A stretch of 64,000 nt of DNA from an uncultured Candidatus Saccharibacteria bacterium. GTDB taxonomy: Bacteria; Patescibacteriota; Minisyncoccia; UBA6257; 2-01-FULL-56-20. Location of the stretch: the NCBI GenBank assembly GCA_964360585.1, contig CAYHXC010000003.1, forward strand, positions 18,113-82,112, given 5' to 3'. A program made the translations under genes and the position numbers. The notes below the pieces were generated by a model. It made no database searches. It was not told the DNA's origin and saw nothing but the letters and a program-made list of their open reading frames with translations. Positions 30,362 through 40,773 of the stretch are shown here, piece after piece (within the stretch, counting starts at the first letter, position 1; each line of letters begins with the position of its first letter).

Positions 30362-31453
30362 CTAATGCCAAGCGGCACGCGACTGTCTCTTATAATGGTC
30401 CATAAATTTTTTTGTGCGCTTAATCTTGTGCCACCAGGAAGTGTTCGTTGCATACCAGGTCGCAATATCACCAATCGAACCGGCGAGAGTATGTGTCGGT
30501 CGCCATCCTAGCTCTCGTTTCAGCTTAGACGAATCAGGGGCATATCGCATATCGGCACCCGGTCGATCGCCGATATGTTCCTTGGAAGCGCTGAGGTCTT
30601 TGCCGAGATGGTGAGCAAACATCGCCAGCACTTCTATATTTCTTTTCTGTTCTCCCGAAACATTGTAAATGCTGTTATCCGAAGCGTTATGAGCGATGAG
30701 ATTAATGGCCGAGCAAAAATCAAGAACATGGAGCCAACTCCGAATGTGTCGTCCGCCACCATGAATTGGAATTTTTCTTCCTTCTAGCATATTAGTGACA
30801 GCCAGGGGTATCAATTTTTCTGGATATTGATACGGACCGTAGTTATTGGAACCTCGGATGATGATGGCCGGGGCACGATGCGTACGAATATACGACTGCA
30901 CCAAAAGATCGGCACCGGCCTTCGAGGCGGCGTAAGGATTGGAAGGGCGAAACGGCGCTTCCTCGGTGGCACCGCCTCTCGCGACATCTCCATATACTTC
31001 GTCAGTTGAAATCTGAATGAATCTCCCCACTTGGTGGGCCCGCGAAGCTTCCAGGAGAGAGCGGACGCCCTCGATGTTGGTGCGGACAAAATCAAAGGAA
31101 CTGACAATGGATCGATCAACATGACTTTCCGCGGCGAAATTGACGATAAGGTCCGGCTTGTGCTTGGTAAAAATGCGATCCAGTAACGAGGCGTCACAGA
31201 TGTCGCCCTTCACGAAGCGGTACCGCCGCATGGAAGATTTCTGAGAAGCCTCAAGTCGATCAATGTCAGCAAGATTTTCAGGACTCCCGGCGTAGGTTAA
31301 AAGATCAAGATTAACAACTCGTGCGTCGGGGTGCGCATGGTAGTAGTGGCGAACAAAGTTAGAACCAATGAAACCACTTCCTCCACAAATGAGAACCGTC
31401 TTGAAGGAGCGGAGGTGTCTCGGGGGAACAACTTTTGTGCTCATCCGCTCCAT
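30362..31453 (-). CDS. rfbB: dTDP-glucose 4,6-dehydratase
   Basis: LTYAG, FAAESHVDRS, ISTDEVYG, NNYGPYQYPEKLIP. Confidence 0.93.
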   Translation of the reverse strand: MERMSTKVVPPRHLRSFKTVLICGGSGFIGSNFVRHYYHAHPDARVVNLDLLTYAGSPENLADIDRLEASQKSSMRRYRFVKGDICDASLLDRIFTKHKPDLIVNFAAESHVDRSIVSSFDFVRTNIEGVRSLLEASRAHQVGRFIQISTDEVYGDVARGGATEEAPFRPSNPYAASKAGADLLVQSYIRTHRAPAIIIRGSNNYGPYQYPEKLIPLAVTNMLEGRKIPIHGGGRHIRSWLHVLDFCSAINLIAHNASDNSIYNVSGEQKRNIEVLAMFAHHLGKDLSASKEHIGDRPGADMRYAPDSSKLKRELGWRPTHTLAGSIGDIATWYATNTSWWHKIKRTKKFMDHYKRQSRAAWH

Positions 31454-31476
31454 TGTAGTGTCACCCCTCTACGAAG

Positions 31477-32439
31477 TCAACGCACACCACCACGTAGATA
31501 CATAATTCCCGTGCGTACGAACAAGCGGATTTTTTTGAACGCGACCCAGATACGCCAGACGATGGGATAGATACCATACTTTCTGGCGAAATATACGTCC
31601 ATAAATTTTCTGTACCTCTCCCCTTTCCAGGGAGTCATCTTCACATAACGAAGATAGTCGGCATGAAATGGCATGGCTGAGAAGAAGTACCAGGGCTTGC
31701 CACCTCCCGAGTAATGGACGATGAGTGGATCGGGAACACCAAGCTTATCGGCTATATCGGTGATGAGATTGTAACGTGGTGGTAACTCGAGGCAGTCTCC
31801 CCACAGAACGATGTTCAAGGCGTCTTGGTCATGATAGGAGAGTTTGTTCGGGTGCGCCGTGATAATATCGAGAGCTTGGTCTTGGACAGCAAGGTTTCGC
31901 CAGCGTTCGACATCAACAAGCATAATCCCCGAATTAAAGTAAAACGTGGAAGTCGGCGGCGGCGTCACACCGACTGCTTGAGCGAGAGCGCGTAAGTGGT
32001 TCATCTTGTAATCCGGATCAGGATCGGCCACCACCCCCATGGTTTTACCTTGTAGATCCAGATTATAAAATTCCGCGATGTCTCCCCGGACAACCGTATC
32101 GACATCGAGGTTGATGGCCTTACGACAAGTCAGTGGAAGAATTTGACCCAAGGCCAGACGGTGATAGTTTTGGATGGGTAGTCGATAGTGTCCAGCCAGT
32201 TTATGTATAGGAACCTTACCAAAATATTCTTCGTTTGGCGTAACATACTGAATGGAAAAACCATATCGCTTTTCGAGTACATGCAACCGTTCTTTGCTCC
32301 GATCGGAAAGCCCTGAATCAATAATGTAGATGTCGATCGAGTAGTCACCCTTCTTGTTCTCAAAGAGCGAGCAGAGACAGGTGCCCAGGAGGACAGCGTA
32401 GCGATCATCACACGATAGAATAATGGGGATTGATTTCAT
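31477..32439 (-). CDS. GT8 glycosyltransferase
   Basis: D..Y, LDVD, YFNSG.ML, DQDALN, HYSG..KPW; the ORF extension to 32544 runs into a MITE. Confidence 0.9.
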   Translation of the reverse strand: MKSIPIILSCDDRYAVLLGTCLCSLFENKKGDYSIDIYIIDSGLSDRSKERLHVLEKRYGFSIQYVTPNEEYFGKVPIHKLAGHYRLPIQNYHRLALGQILPLTCRKAINLDVDTVVRGDIAEFYNLDLQGKTMGVVADPDPDYKMNHLRALAQAVGVTPPPTSTFYFNSGIMLVDVERWRNLAVQDQALDIITAHPNKLSYHDQDALNIVLWGDCLELPPRYNLITDIADKLGVPDPLIVHYSGGGKPWYFFSAMPFHADYLRYVKMTPWKGERYRKFMDVYFARKYGIYPIVWRIWVAFKKIRLFVRTGIMYLRGGVR

Positions 32440-32493
32440 AGCAATTAATAATGGTCCAATTATACACCCCGAAGTGACACTAAACAATCTCCC

Positions 32494-32761
32494 AGAGCTC
32501 ATCTCAAAAATAGATCCGTCGCGTTCATCCTCAGTTTTTATCATCCACCGAGGCAGGACGAGGAGACATAGGCTTTGTCTAGACTCCGAGGAGTAACGAT
32601 GGTGGTGATAAAAACTGAGAGAACCGAAGGATAGGAAGAAATGATTCGAATATGTCGTTGCTGCGTTCTCGATGTATCTTTGGATACACCTTCGAACTTG
32701 CGCCTCGTCTTCGAGTCATTTCTTCTCTATCGCGACAGGGTATATTTTTGAGATGAGCTCT
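32494..32761. mobile_element. MITE-like element, divergent copy C
   Basis: Perfect 19-bp TIR AGAGCTCATCTCAAAAATA, related to the TIRs of copies A/B; similar length; different, hairpin-rich interior. Confidence 0.7.
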
Positions 32762-32813
32762 TGATTGGTTAAATCCGACAGAGGAACTATAATATAACAG
32801 TACAAAATGAACT

Positions 32814-33185
32814 ATGAAAAAACTAACGGTTAGCTACGAACGTAAAGATAAGCGAGGCGCCTTCCAGGAGTATTTAAACAGTCCACTCCCATGGCGATCA
32901 ATTAATGCCGGTACCATGAAAAAAGGAGCGGTCATGGGAAATCACTACCATAAGAAATGCCTGGCAGTATTTTTCATTCTTTCCGGAAAAGCAGAAATAC
33001 TCGTCAAGGACGTACGTAAGAAATCGTCACCCGTTCGTTTTAAACTCGCTCCGACTCAGGGCGCCCTTATCTATCCGTACGAAACTCATGCCATCTGTTT
33101 CCTTCAAAAATCAACGTTTCTCCTCATGAAATCAGCAAAGTTCGATCCCAAAAATAACGATCTTTTTCTGTCGCCGTTATTATGA
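32814..33185 (+). CDS. cupin (FdtA/WxcM-like sugar isomerase)
   Basis: D.RG, GNHYHK, P.ETHA. Confidence 0.7.
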   Translation: MKKLTVSYERKDKRGAFQEYLNSPLPWRSINAGTMKKGAVMGNHYHKKCLAVFFILSGKAEILVKDVRKKSSPVRFKLAPTQGALIYPYETHAICFLQKSTFLLMKSAKFDPKNNDLFLSPLL

Positions 33186-34243
33186 TAGGCATCGGCATTA
33201 TCGGAATAGGGTTTGGAGCTCGAGTGCACTTACCAGCATTTGAAGCTCTTAAAAAGCAGGTCCGAGTTGTCGCGCTGGCCGGAACTGACGCTTCAGAAAC
33301 GAAGCGGATCGCCGACGAACACCGTATTCAGTTCGCCACCACTTCTTGGAGAGCCCTCATCAAGCATCCGCTCGTCGAAGCAGTCAGCGTGGCAACACCG
33401 CCCAATACTCATGCAGAAATTGTTCTTCTGGCACTCAAAAGTGGCAAGCATGTGCTTTGTGAAAAACCGCTCTCACCATCAGTCATCGAGACAGATCTTA
33501 TGACTCAAACGGCACAGAAGAGCCGGCTGGTTCATGGGATTGATTTCGAATTCCGAATGACCCCCGAATGGGCTCAAGCTAAAAAGCTCGTAGCTCGCGG
33601 ACGGATCGGCCAGCTTCAGTACATCCATATATCGTGGCTGACGGGGGGTCGGGCCCGGAAGGACTTGCCCATCACGTGGCGTCAGCGCCAGGATGGCGGT
33701 GGTGTGCTTTCTGAATTCGGTTCTCACTTGGTAGATTTTATTGAATGGTTAGCGGGACCGATTGTGGCAGTTTCGACTGACCTCGAAACCATCAAGTATT
33801 ACCCGAAGCGAGAACGGAGATTCCTGGCGGACGACATGTGCAACATGCTTTTGCGGCTCAAAAATGGCGCTTTCGCAAACGTAGTTATCTCGAACGTGGT
33901 TCACGGAGGCAACGGATTTTCGATAGAGCTCTACGGCACTCAAGGCACTTTAAAACTCGTAAATAATAATCTCGGAGATAGCGTCTATGGCTTCGAGCTC
34001 TTCGAGGGTATTCCCGGCCGAGATGGCGTACGCCGTCTCCTCACGCCGAGAAGTTTCAGCAGGGAAAATACATTACCGTCCGACGGTCGCATTCTGGCGT
34101 TCCGGGAAATGGCCAAACAGTTCATTGCTGCCATTCAGAAAAAGCCGACTGATCTACCTGATTTTACAGTCGGCCGCCGTGTTCAGCGTGTCATTGAAGC
34201 CGCGCGACGATCGGCGCAACGCGATACCTGGGTGAAGGTATAG
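33182..34243 (+). CDS. Gfo/Idh/MocA oxidoreductase
   Basis: GIGFG, TPP..H, GKHVLCEKP, GG.L...GSH..D. Confidence 0.9.
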   Translation: MIGIGIIGIGFGARVHLPAFEALKKQVRVVALAGTDASETKRIADEHRIQFATTSWRALIKHPLVEAVSVATPPNTHAEIVLLALKSGKHVLCEKPLSPSVIETDLMTQTAQKSRLVHGIDFEFRMTPEWAQAKKLVARGRIGQLQYIHISWLTGGRARKDLPITWRQRQDGGGVLSEFGSHLVDFIEWLAGPIVAVSTDLETIKYYPKRERRFLADDMCNMLLRLKNGAFANVVISNVVHGGNGFSIELYGTQGTLKLVNNNLGDSVYGFELFEGIPGRDGVRRLLTPRSFSRENTLPSDGRILAFREMAKQFIAAIQKKPTDLPDFTVGRRVQRVIEAARRSAQRDTWVKV

Positions 34244-34272
34244 CAGTGATTCGTACTCACACCTCCCGCCTT

Positions 34273-34995
34273 TTATTTCTTGAATATATCCTGGGCCTTC
34301 TGATACCGTTCGGGGGTGCCAATATCAAGGACTTCGATCGGCACCACAAAGGCGTAACAAGGATGCGTGGTAATCAATTGAGGAAAGAAATCTTTCTCGA
34401 TCGAAAATGATCCGAGTGGCATCTCCGCTAGTGCTTGTCGAGTCATCAGATAGGTGCCAGCATTCACAAACCCTGCTCGTTTCTCGGCCCGTTCTCTGAA
34501 CCCATGAATGCGGTGTTCGTTGCCGAGGTCTATTGAGCCCACATCAGCGCGATCGGGTATGGGAGCGGCAGCGATGGTCAGGACACTTCCACGACTCAAA
34601 TGAAAATCGTGTAGTTCGGCAAGCGGCACATGCGCAAGCGTGTCTCCGTTCATCACAAAGAAATGATCTCCGAGAATTTTCGATTCGGCATGCTTCACGG
34701 CGCCCCCCGTTCCAAGCGGCTCTTCCTCTTCAGAAAAAATGATTTCTCCCCATCCGGGCCGGCTAGATTTCTCGCGCGATACAATCTCGACAACTTGATC
34801 CTTGAGATGTCCGACGCATAACACCACTCGACCAACTCCTTCGGAAAACAGCCGATCAAGTACAATAACAATAAAATGCTGAGTGCCCACGAGAGCGGTC
34901 ACTTTCTGACGACCAGGAAGAATGCTTTCTAGACGCGTGCCTCGGCCGCCACACAATATGACCGCATCCATGTTTCTTAGATCTTTCTGGCTCAT
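34273..34995 (-). CDS. hddC: heptose-1-phosphate guanylyltransferase-like nucleotidyltransferase
   Basis: LCGGRGTRL, E.EPLGTGGA, NGDT, DIGTPE.Y; adjacent to hddA. Confidence 0.75.
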   Translation of the reverse strand: MSQKDLRNMDAVILCGGRGTRLESILPGRQKVTALVGTQHFIVIVLDRLFSEGVGRVVLCVGHLKDQVVEIVSREKSSRPGWGEIIFSEEEEPLGTGGAVKHAESKILGDHFFVMNGDTLAHVPLAELHDFHLSRGSVLTIAAAPIPDRADVGSIDLGNEHRIHGFRERAEKRAGFVNAGTYLMTRQALAEMPLGSFSIEKDFFPQLITTHPCYAFVVPIEVLDIGTPERYQKAQDIFKK

Positions 34996-35009
34996 CTCGA
35001 GAATAGCTA

Positions 35010-36026
35010 CTAGACAAGGCGAACGTCCGGATTATAATGCTCAATTGGGTCAAAGTGGATAATATGACTCCCGGATCTTTCGAAGGCGAAAGGCACATGG
35101 AGGAATTTGCCTAGTTTCTTACGAATTGCATCTTGGAACTTTGGCTCGGCAAATATCAGCATAAATCCTCCACCGCCTGCTCCCAAAAGTTTTCCGCCGA
35201 TGGCTCCGGATTCCCGGGCTGCCGCGTACATATCGTCGATGTGCTGATTTGTTATTTGAGAAGACAAACCTTTCTTGATCTGCCAGGATTGATCAAGAAG
35301 TTTCCCGAAGTCGGTGATGCTCGCCGAAGTATTCAATATCTTGATTGCTTCGGGAACGAGAGCCGCCATTTGGTGCAGTTCTTTTTCCTTATGTTTTGTA
35401 TTTTTCATCTGCTCCGCTGCGATCTCTGAAGCGTTCCGCGAGAAACCAGTGAAAAAAAGCATTAAGTGACTCTGGAGCTCTGCTAAGCGCTGAGCGGTGA
35501 GCGCCATCGGGCTTACTCGAATCTTTTCCTGACCACCAAACTCTATTTTGTTAAAACCGCCGTAAGCAACCGCTACCTGATCTTGAGAACCAACATTTTC
35601 TTTAATCAAATCCTGCTCCACATGTATGGCATCAGTGGCTAGCTGACGTTTTGAAATAAGTTTTCCCTGTAAACCATGCAGGCCATGCAAAAAACCAACG
35701 GTGAACGCCGAGCTGGAACCGAGTCCTGACATGGCCGGAAGGTCGGAGTTGTGTTGCATCTCAATGCCACTGCTCAGGTTGGCGTAGGTAAGACAAGCGC
35801 GCACCGAAGGATGCTTGATCTCGTCTATAGTCTTGGCGTGTTCCTGGATGCTATACCGAATCTGATAGTTATGCGGAAAAAATGGCGGCAGATACCGACA
35901 CGTTATGTAGCAGTATTTGTTAATGGTGGTTGAAAGCACAGCGCCGCCGTATTTATCGGCCCAGATGGGATAGTCCGTACCGCCACCGAAAAATGAAACG
36001 CGGAAGGGAGTTTTGGTGATAACCAT
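35010..36026 (-). CDS. hddA: heptose-7-phosphate kinase (GHMP)
   Basis: TPFRVSFFGGGTD, SGLGSSS, GSQDQ, GGKLLGAGGGGF. Confidence 0.85.
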   Translation of the reverse strand: MVITKTPFRVSFFGGGTDYPIWADKYGGAVLSTTINKYCYITCRYLPPFFPHNYQIRYSIQEHAKTIDEIKHPSVRACLTYANLSSGIEMQHNSDLPAMSGLGSSSAFTVGFLHGLHGLQGKLISKRQLATDAIHVEQDLIKENVGSQDQVAVAYGGFNKIEFGGQEKIRVSPMALTAQRLAELQSHLMLFFTGFSRNASEIAAEQMKNTKHKEKELHQMAALVPEAIKILNTSASITDFGKLLDQSWQIKKGLSSQITNQHIDDMYAAARESGAIGGKLLGAGGGGFMLIFAEPKFQDAIRKKLGKFLHVPFAFERSGSHIIHFDPIEHYNPDVRLV

Positions 36027-36139
36027 GAAAATATAGGAGGGTTGGAGTGCAAACCCCGTTTAGCTTGCACGAGTGAGTATACGGGGACAAGGCCCGCGTG
36101 TCAAAGAAAAATCATCGCACAGAAGAAACACGACTCGCA

Positions 36140-37090
36140 CTAGGATAATTCGCGAATGATCGCCTCGCAATTGATGTCCATTTTGTCGGAAACAGGGTTC
36201 AGCCACTTCTCATCGAGTGTTCGGCGTACCAAAATATCTTTCTCTAATCTCAAAGCTGCGGCTGCGGCACGAAGCGCGTACGCCGAGACATTTTCGCTCT
36301 TACTATCTTCGATAATGACTAGCTTTTTGGTTACCCGAACGCTCTCCAGAATTGGTTTCCAGTCGATCGGCGTCATATAGTTCACATTGAAGAGTGCAAC
36401 TTTTAAACCGGCCTCCTTGAGCTCAGTGGCAAGCTGCCATCCATAGGGAAAGGCGAAGTTGAAGGTAACGATAGTGGCATCATCGCCTTCCAAATACTGA
36501 ACGTACTTTGTATTCGGGTCGGCGGCCATGGGTTTACCAGGATCGATAATCTCCTGCTTGAACAATCTTTGACTGATGCTCAAAATACGAAATCCTGGCG
36601 CACCAAGATGACTCATAATGATGCGCTCTGCATCGTAAGCGTTTGTAATCGCATAGCCATCGACTCGAGCCATAGAGCAAATATCGGCGAAATTGTTAGA
36701 ACTTGACTGCGGACCTTCATATCCCATATCGACGGTGACCGGGAAAATAGTAAAGGATCCCGAGGCATGGCCGATATTTCGGATGATGTTATAGGTGTTC
36801 ACGATCTGATCTATGCCCAGATAAAGAAAGTCCAGTTGTTTCATGAGAAAAACCGCCCGTTTACCACCGAGCATCAGGCCGAAACCAAAACCGACCTGGG
36901 CGTTCTCGGTATTTGTCGTATTCAAAACTAAACTCTGACCATTTGGTGCCAGACCACGGGTAAAGCCGGCGAGGCGAGAACCAGCGTTAATATTCTGTCC
37001 GTAGGCTACGATGTCACTAAACGAGCTAAAGCGCTTCCGCAGCAGTGAGTTGATATATTCGATATAAGTTCGAGATTGTGCAGATTCCAT
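36140..37090 (-). CDS. TPP-dependent E1 beta-like subunit (divergent)
   Basis: YGQN, NT.N.EN...G...G..L.G, DF.....DQIVN; transketolase-C-like end; follows an E1 alpha gene. Confidence 0.7.
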   Translation of the reverse strand: MESAQSRTYIEYINSLLRKRFSSFSDIVAYGQNINAGSRLAGFTRGLAPNGQSLVLNTTNTENAQVGFGFGLMLGGKRAVFLMKQLDFLYLGIDQIVNTYNIIRNIGHASGSFTIFPVTVDMGYEGPQSSSNNFADICSMARVDGYAITNAYDAERIIMSHLGAPGFRILSISQRLFKQEIIDPGKPMAADPNTKYVQYLEGDDATIVTFNFAFPYGWQLATELKEAGLKVALFNVNYMTPIDWKPILESVRVTKKLVIIEDSKSENVSAYALRAAAAALRLEKDILVRRTLDEKWLNPVSDKMDINCEAIIRELS

Positions 37091-37100
37091 GTTCCCCTAA

Positions 37101-38033
37101 TTATGCAACTTCCTTTTGAAGAGTAGTAAACTGTTCCCGGGCCACCTCAGCCAGCATGGTTGAATCGAAATATTTTATGAGTACGTGGATTGGATCCTCG
37201 TCATTATCGCGTATAATCGGCCACTCGCTCAAAGACACTTCCGGAGCCGGACCGGCATGATAGTTTATGATTTCTCCTTCGGGATGTTCGGGCGTCTTGA
37301 GTCGCCAGTCCCCAAGTGTGTAAACCCTCACTTCCACACAGACCGGCGAGGAGGTGAGGATTGCATAGTCACGCATCTCCCTCAGGGCTTTGATATAAGC
37401 ATATGGATCATTTCCTTTCAGGTGAAGGTATCGAAGACCCAAAGAGCGAGCCAGGGATTCAGTATCGATGGGACAACGCCGCTCTTTGACGTGAGTTCCA
37501 AGCGACCATTCGTTGTCTTCAATTAAGTACATAACCGGAACCTTGAGACTCTGGGCCATGAGCATGCTCTCATAAAACGAACCTTCTTCAATAGAGCCAT
37601 CACCACCCAGGGCAATGACTACGTTCTTCTTATTATCCATTTTAAGGGACATGGCTAAGCCTGGTGCCACAGCGAGTTGGTTCCCAAGAATACTTGAGGT
37701 GTAGATGATGCCTCGTTCTGGGTTTAGCATGTTCATTGATCCTGAGCGTCCCTGATTCAGACCTTCGCGGTGGAGACGGTACTCCTCGAGAATCGGGCGC
37801 ACCGCACCTGCACGCACGAGATTATAGGCAATATTGCGGTGGGTCGGAAGAAGATAGTCACCTTCCCTCATGATCTCGCTGACCCCGACAGCGATCGCTT
37901 CATGGCCCATCGCCAGATGGACGCCAACTTTCAATCGTTTCGCTTTTTGTTCTTCATTCACGATCATCTGACCAATTCGCAAACGGATTATCTCCTCGGC
38001 TATTCTTTTGTCCTGCTTCACTCGATCACTCAT
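37101..38033 (-). CDS. TPP-dependent E1 alpha-like subunit
   Basis: HL..GHEA, THR, GRSGSM, GDG...EG.FYE...EDN TPP motif. Confidence 0.82.
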   Translation of the reverse strand: MSDRVKQDKRIAEEIIRLRIGQMIVNEEQKAKRLKVGVHLAMGHEAIAVGVSEIMREGDYLLPTHRNIAYNLVRAGAVRPILEEYRLHREGLNQGRSGSMNMLNPERGIIYTSSILGNQLAVAPGLAMSLKMDNKKNVVIALGGDGSIEEGSFYESMLMAQSLKVPVMYLIEDNEWSLGTHVKERRCPIDTESLARSLGLRYLHLKGNDPYAYIKALREMRDYAILTSSPVCVEVRVYTLGDWRLKTPEHPEGEIINYHAGPAPEVSLSEWPIIRDNDEDPIHVLIKYFDSTMLAEVAREQFTTLQKEVA

Positions 38034-38050
38034 ATCTCTCTATAGAAATA

Positions 38051-38965
38051 TTAGGTGGCCTGCTTCCTGTCTGCTACGAACGTAGTGTACGGATCGGTAG
38101 TCTTAATTCCTTCAACCAACTCGATCTCGGGTTGCCAGCCAAGAAGCTCTTTTGCTTTTCGATTGGCTGGGTTTCGCATGTTCGCATCGTCTGGATTCGA
38201 TTCTACAATCTTCACTTTCTTATTAAATAATGCCTCACTCTCTCGCACGACATCGCCCATCGTAACCATCACATCTCCTGAAAGATTGATAATCTGAAAG
38301 TCGGTCCGACCAAAAGCGCTGATAATGCCTCTCGCGATATCTTTCACATGCACGAAGCGGCGACCAGCCTTCTTGGAACGCATGAGTGTCACAACTTCAT
38401 TTTTTTTCACATCATCGGCCACGGCTTCGACTGAACTCCAATCCTCCTTGCGAGGACCGTAGACTATAGAAAAACGGAAGATGGTCGTCGGAACGAACCC
38501 ACGCTTATACTGGAGACGCAAGGTGGCTTCGCTGACAAGTTTTGAGAGGGCATATTCGGAAACATGGCCTGAGATATCGATCAACGACTCTTCGTCTTTT
38601 TCTTCATTGCCGATGAATTTCTCATACACCCACTCGCTTGAGGCAAAGATGAACTGTTTCGCTTTCTTCTCTTTAGCCACGCGCATTATGTTCAAAGTGC
38701 CCATAATGTTAGTTTCGTAGGCAGAGTAAGGATCTTGAAGACAGTCTCGATCTCGAGAAATGGCGGCCAAATGAACTACAACATCAACGTCCTCTGGAAA
38801 TACATCCTTGATTTCTGGTTTTCGGATATCGCCTATTCGGAAATCGTACTTGTGGTCGTTTTTCTTTAAGAGATCGAAACCAACCACCTCGATATTTTTC
38901 GCGAGGCACTGACCAATGAGTTCGGTCCCAATGAATCCCTCAGACCCGGTGATTAGTATTTTCAT
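38051..38965 (-). CDS. NAD-dependent epimerase/dehydratase
   Basis: TGSEGFIG, HLAA, ASS, YALSK. Confidence 0.87.
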   Translation of the reverse strand: MKILITGSEGFIGTELIGQCLAKNIEVVGFDLLKKNDHKYDFRIGDIRKPEIKDVFPEDVDVVVHLAAISRDRDCLQDPYSAYETNIMGTLNIMRVAKEKKAKQFIFASSEWVYEKFIGNEEKDEESLIDISGHVSEYALSKLVSEATLRLQYKRGFVPTTIFRFSIVYGPRKEDWSSVEAVADDVKKNEVVTLMRSKKAGRRFVHVKDIARGIISAFGRTDFQIINLSGDVMVTMGDVVRESEALFNKKVKIVESNPDDANMRNPANRKAKELLGWQPEIELVEGIKTTDPYTTFVADRKQAT

Positions 38966-39839
38966 AATCGGTAATTGTTTTTTGCAGACCTTCTTTAATA
39001 CTCACGAGCGGCTGCCATCCAAGATCTCTCTTCACTTTTGTAAGATCGGCATAGGCCGCGTTTTGAAGATCCCCTTGAGCTGTCTCTTTAAAATTATCGT
39101 AATAGGCACCGCCCTTGCCCATGATTTCACACACCAGGCGCGCGATCTCGCGCACAGGGGTGAGATACCCAGAGCCAACATTGTACGTCGCAATCCCCTT
39201 CCCTTTTTCAACCGCGTCGACAAATACACGGGCCACGTCAGCTATATAGATAAAATCCCCTTGGGCTATTGGATTCTTGAGTTGTAGCGGAACACCCTCG
39301 GCGACCGTTCGCATAATGTATGGTATCAGCGAGCCTGAACGTTGTCCACCGCCATACGGGTTATAGGGGCGGAGCCAAACAAAATCAATTTTTTTCTCCT
39401 TAGCCAACTCAATACCGAGGAGATGCAATGCATGCTTAGCCGCGGTGAAAGGTGTAAACGGAGGGACCATTACATCGTCGTCTATCTTCCCAACTAATGT
39501 GCCGCACTCAAATCCAGTGCCTGTGGCGACGATTCTGGCACAGTCAGTGCCAGCGATAACATTCAAAAGATTAATCCCGTACTGTAAATTTTTGGAACAC
39601 TGTGTATACGAAAAATCCGGTATACCCTCCCACGCCAAGTGGATTACTGCCTCCGGAGCGAATCGCTTTAAAGAATCCTCCCATGGCTCGACATGAGTCA
39701 GAGTACCTTGAAGAACACTCACTCCCTCCACGTGTTCAGAACGTTCCGTGAGAACGAGGACTTCGTGCTTCCGAGCAATAAGTTCGGCAACCACCGACCG
39801 ACCAATAAATCCAGTTCCACCGGTAACGAATATCCGCAT
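38940..39839 (-). CDS. NAD-dependent epimerase/reductase
   Basis: TGGTGFIG, HLAW, F..AK (F in place of the catalytic Tyr), PYG. Confidence 0.82.
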   Translation of the reverse strand: MRIFVTGGTGFIGRSVVAELIARKHEVLVLTERSEHVEGVSVLQGTLTHVEPWEDSLKRFAPEAVIHLAWEGIPDFSYTQCSKNLQYGINLLNVIAGTDCARIVATGTGFECGTLVGKIDDDVMVPPFTPFTAAKHALHLLGIELAKEKKIDFVWLRPYNPYGGGQRSGSLIPYIMRTVAEGVPLQLKNPIAQGDFIYIADVARVFVDAVEKGKGIATYNVGSGYLTPVREIARLVCEIMGKGGAYYDNFKETAQGDLQNAAYADLTKVKRDLGWQPLVSIKEGLQKTITDYENTNHRV

Positions 39840-39960
39840 GGTGATGATAGTAGCTTGAAGTGCCTAGGGCTGTCCACTTACAACGTTTACTACGGACAAG
39901 CGCAATGACAAACAAAGAGATAAAAAGCCCGTCATCGCTAATGCGACAACGGGCTTGTGA

Positions 39961-40671
39961 TTACGAAAACTTTGGATAGTCGGGATAAAGACCGAGCTCG
40001 ATCCGCTGACCTTCCACTTCTTCGATGTAGTCATTCATAGCGCCAACGAACCGCTTCATCAGCTCCATGGCTCGCGGGAGACGCACACACACCCGAGATG
40101 ACGGATCGATCCAGTCACGCCGGCACTCGAAGTTTTTGAAGACTGATCGCGGGTTGCGATAGGAATGCGCTTCCGGATCGTGCGAGAGATGAACCGGATC
40201 GAGATCCGGCAACTCCAGCCAGAAGCGTGTAGCATGCATCACCTCTTCCGCCATGCTGCAGATAATCCGATCGGCGTCCATCAAGGTGACGAGAACCGGA
40301 TGATCCTCGGAATTGTTGAAGCCGCTGTGCTTCAGCACGGCATCGACTATAAAGTCTTCGTCCGTGCTGGCGAACGATTCACCTCCTGCGAGCCAACTTC
40401 GGACCATCGTCATGACCTCAGCGTCGGGGACATCTTTTTTCCCTACGCCACGTGCGTGTTGCAACATGCGGTCGGCGTTGTGGCAGAGACCTGCCGCTGC
40501 GGCTATTCTTGCCGTGAGCGGAGTTGGCGCGATCATCAGACAGACCTGAGCCGCGCGCAAGGCGTGGTCAAAGTCGTGACCCGTGCCGTCCATCTTGTGC
40601 TCCTGATGAGCATCGCGGATGATCCGGGTCAGTCGCGGGTAAATCTCCCAAACTTTCTTGTTCTGGTCCAC
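39961..40671 (-). CDS. HD-domain protein
   Basis: GHDFDHALR, AGLCHN, H, LMDADR; hairpin-polyT terminator near 39922-39956. Confidence 0.7.
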   Translation of the reverse strand: MDQNKKVWEIYPRLTRIIRDAHQEHKMDGTGHDFDHALRAAQVCLMIAPTPLTARIAAAAGLCHNADRMLQHARGVGKKDVPDAEVMTMVRSWLAGGESFASTDEDFIVDAVLKHSGFNNSEDHPVLVTLMDADRIICSMAEEVMHATRFWLELPDLDPVHLSHDPEAHSYRNPRSVFKNFECRRDWIDPSSRVCVRLPRAMELMKRFVGAMNDYIEEVEGQRIELGLYPDYPKFS

Positions 40672-40773
40672 GGGAACCTCCTATTTACGGGTTGACGGTT
40701 GCGGAACTGGCCCAATAGTACAAGATTTATGAGATATTGTCAACTAACTATCCCGCGTGTTCCGCCTCGGTTT

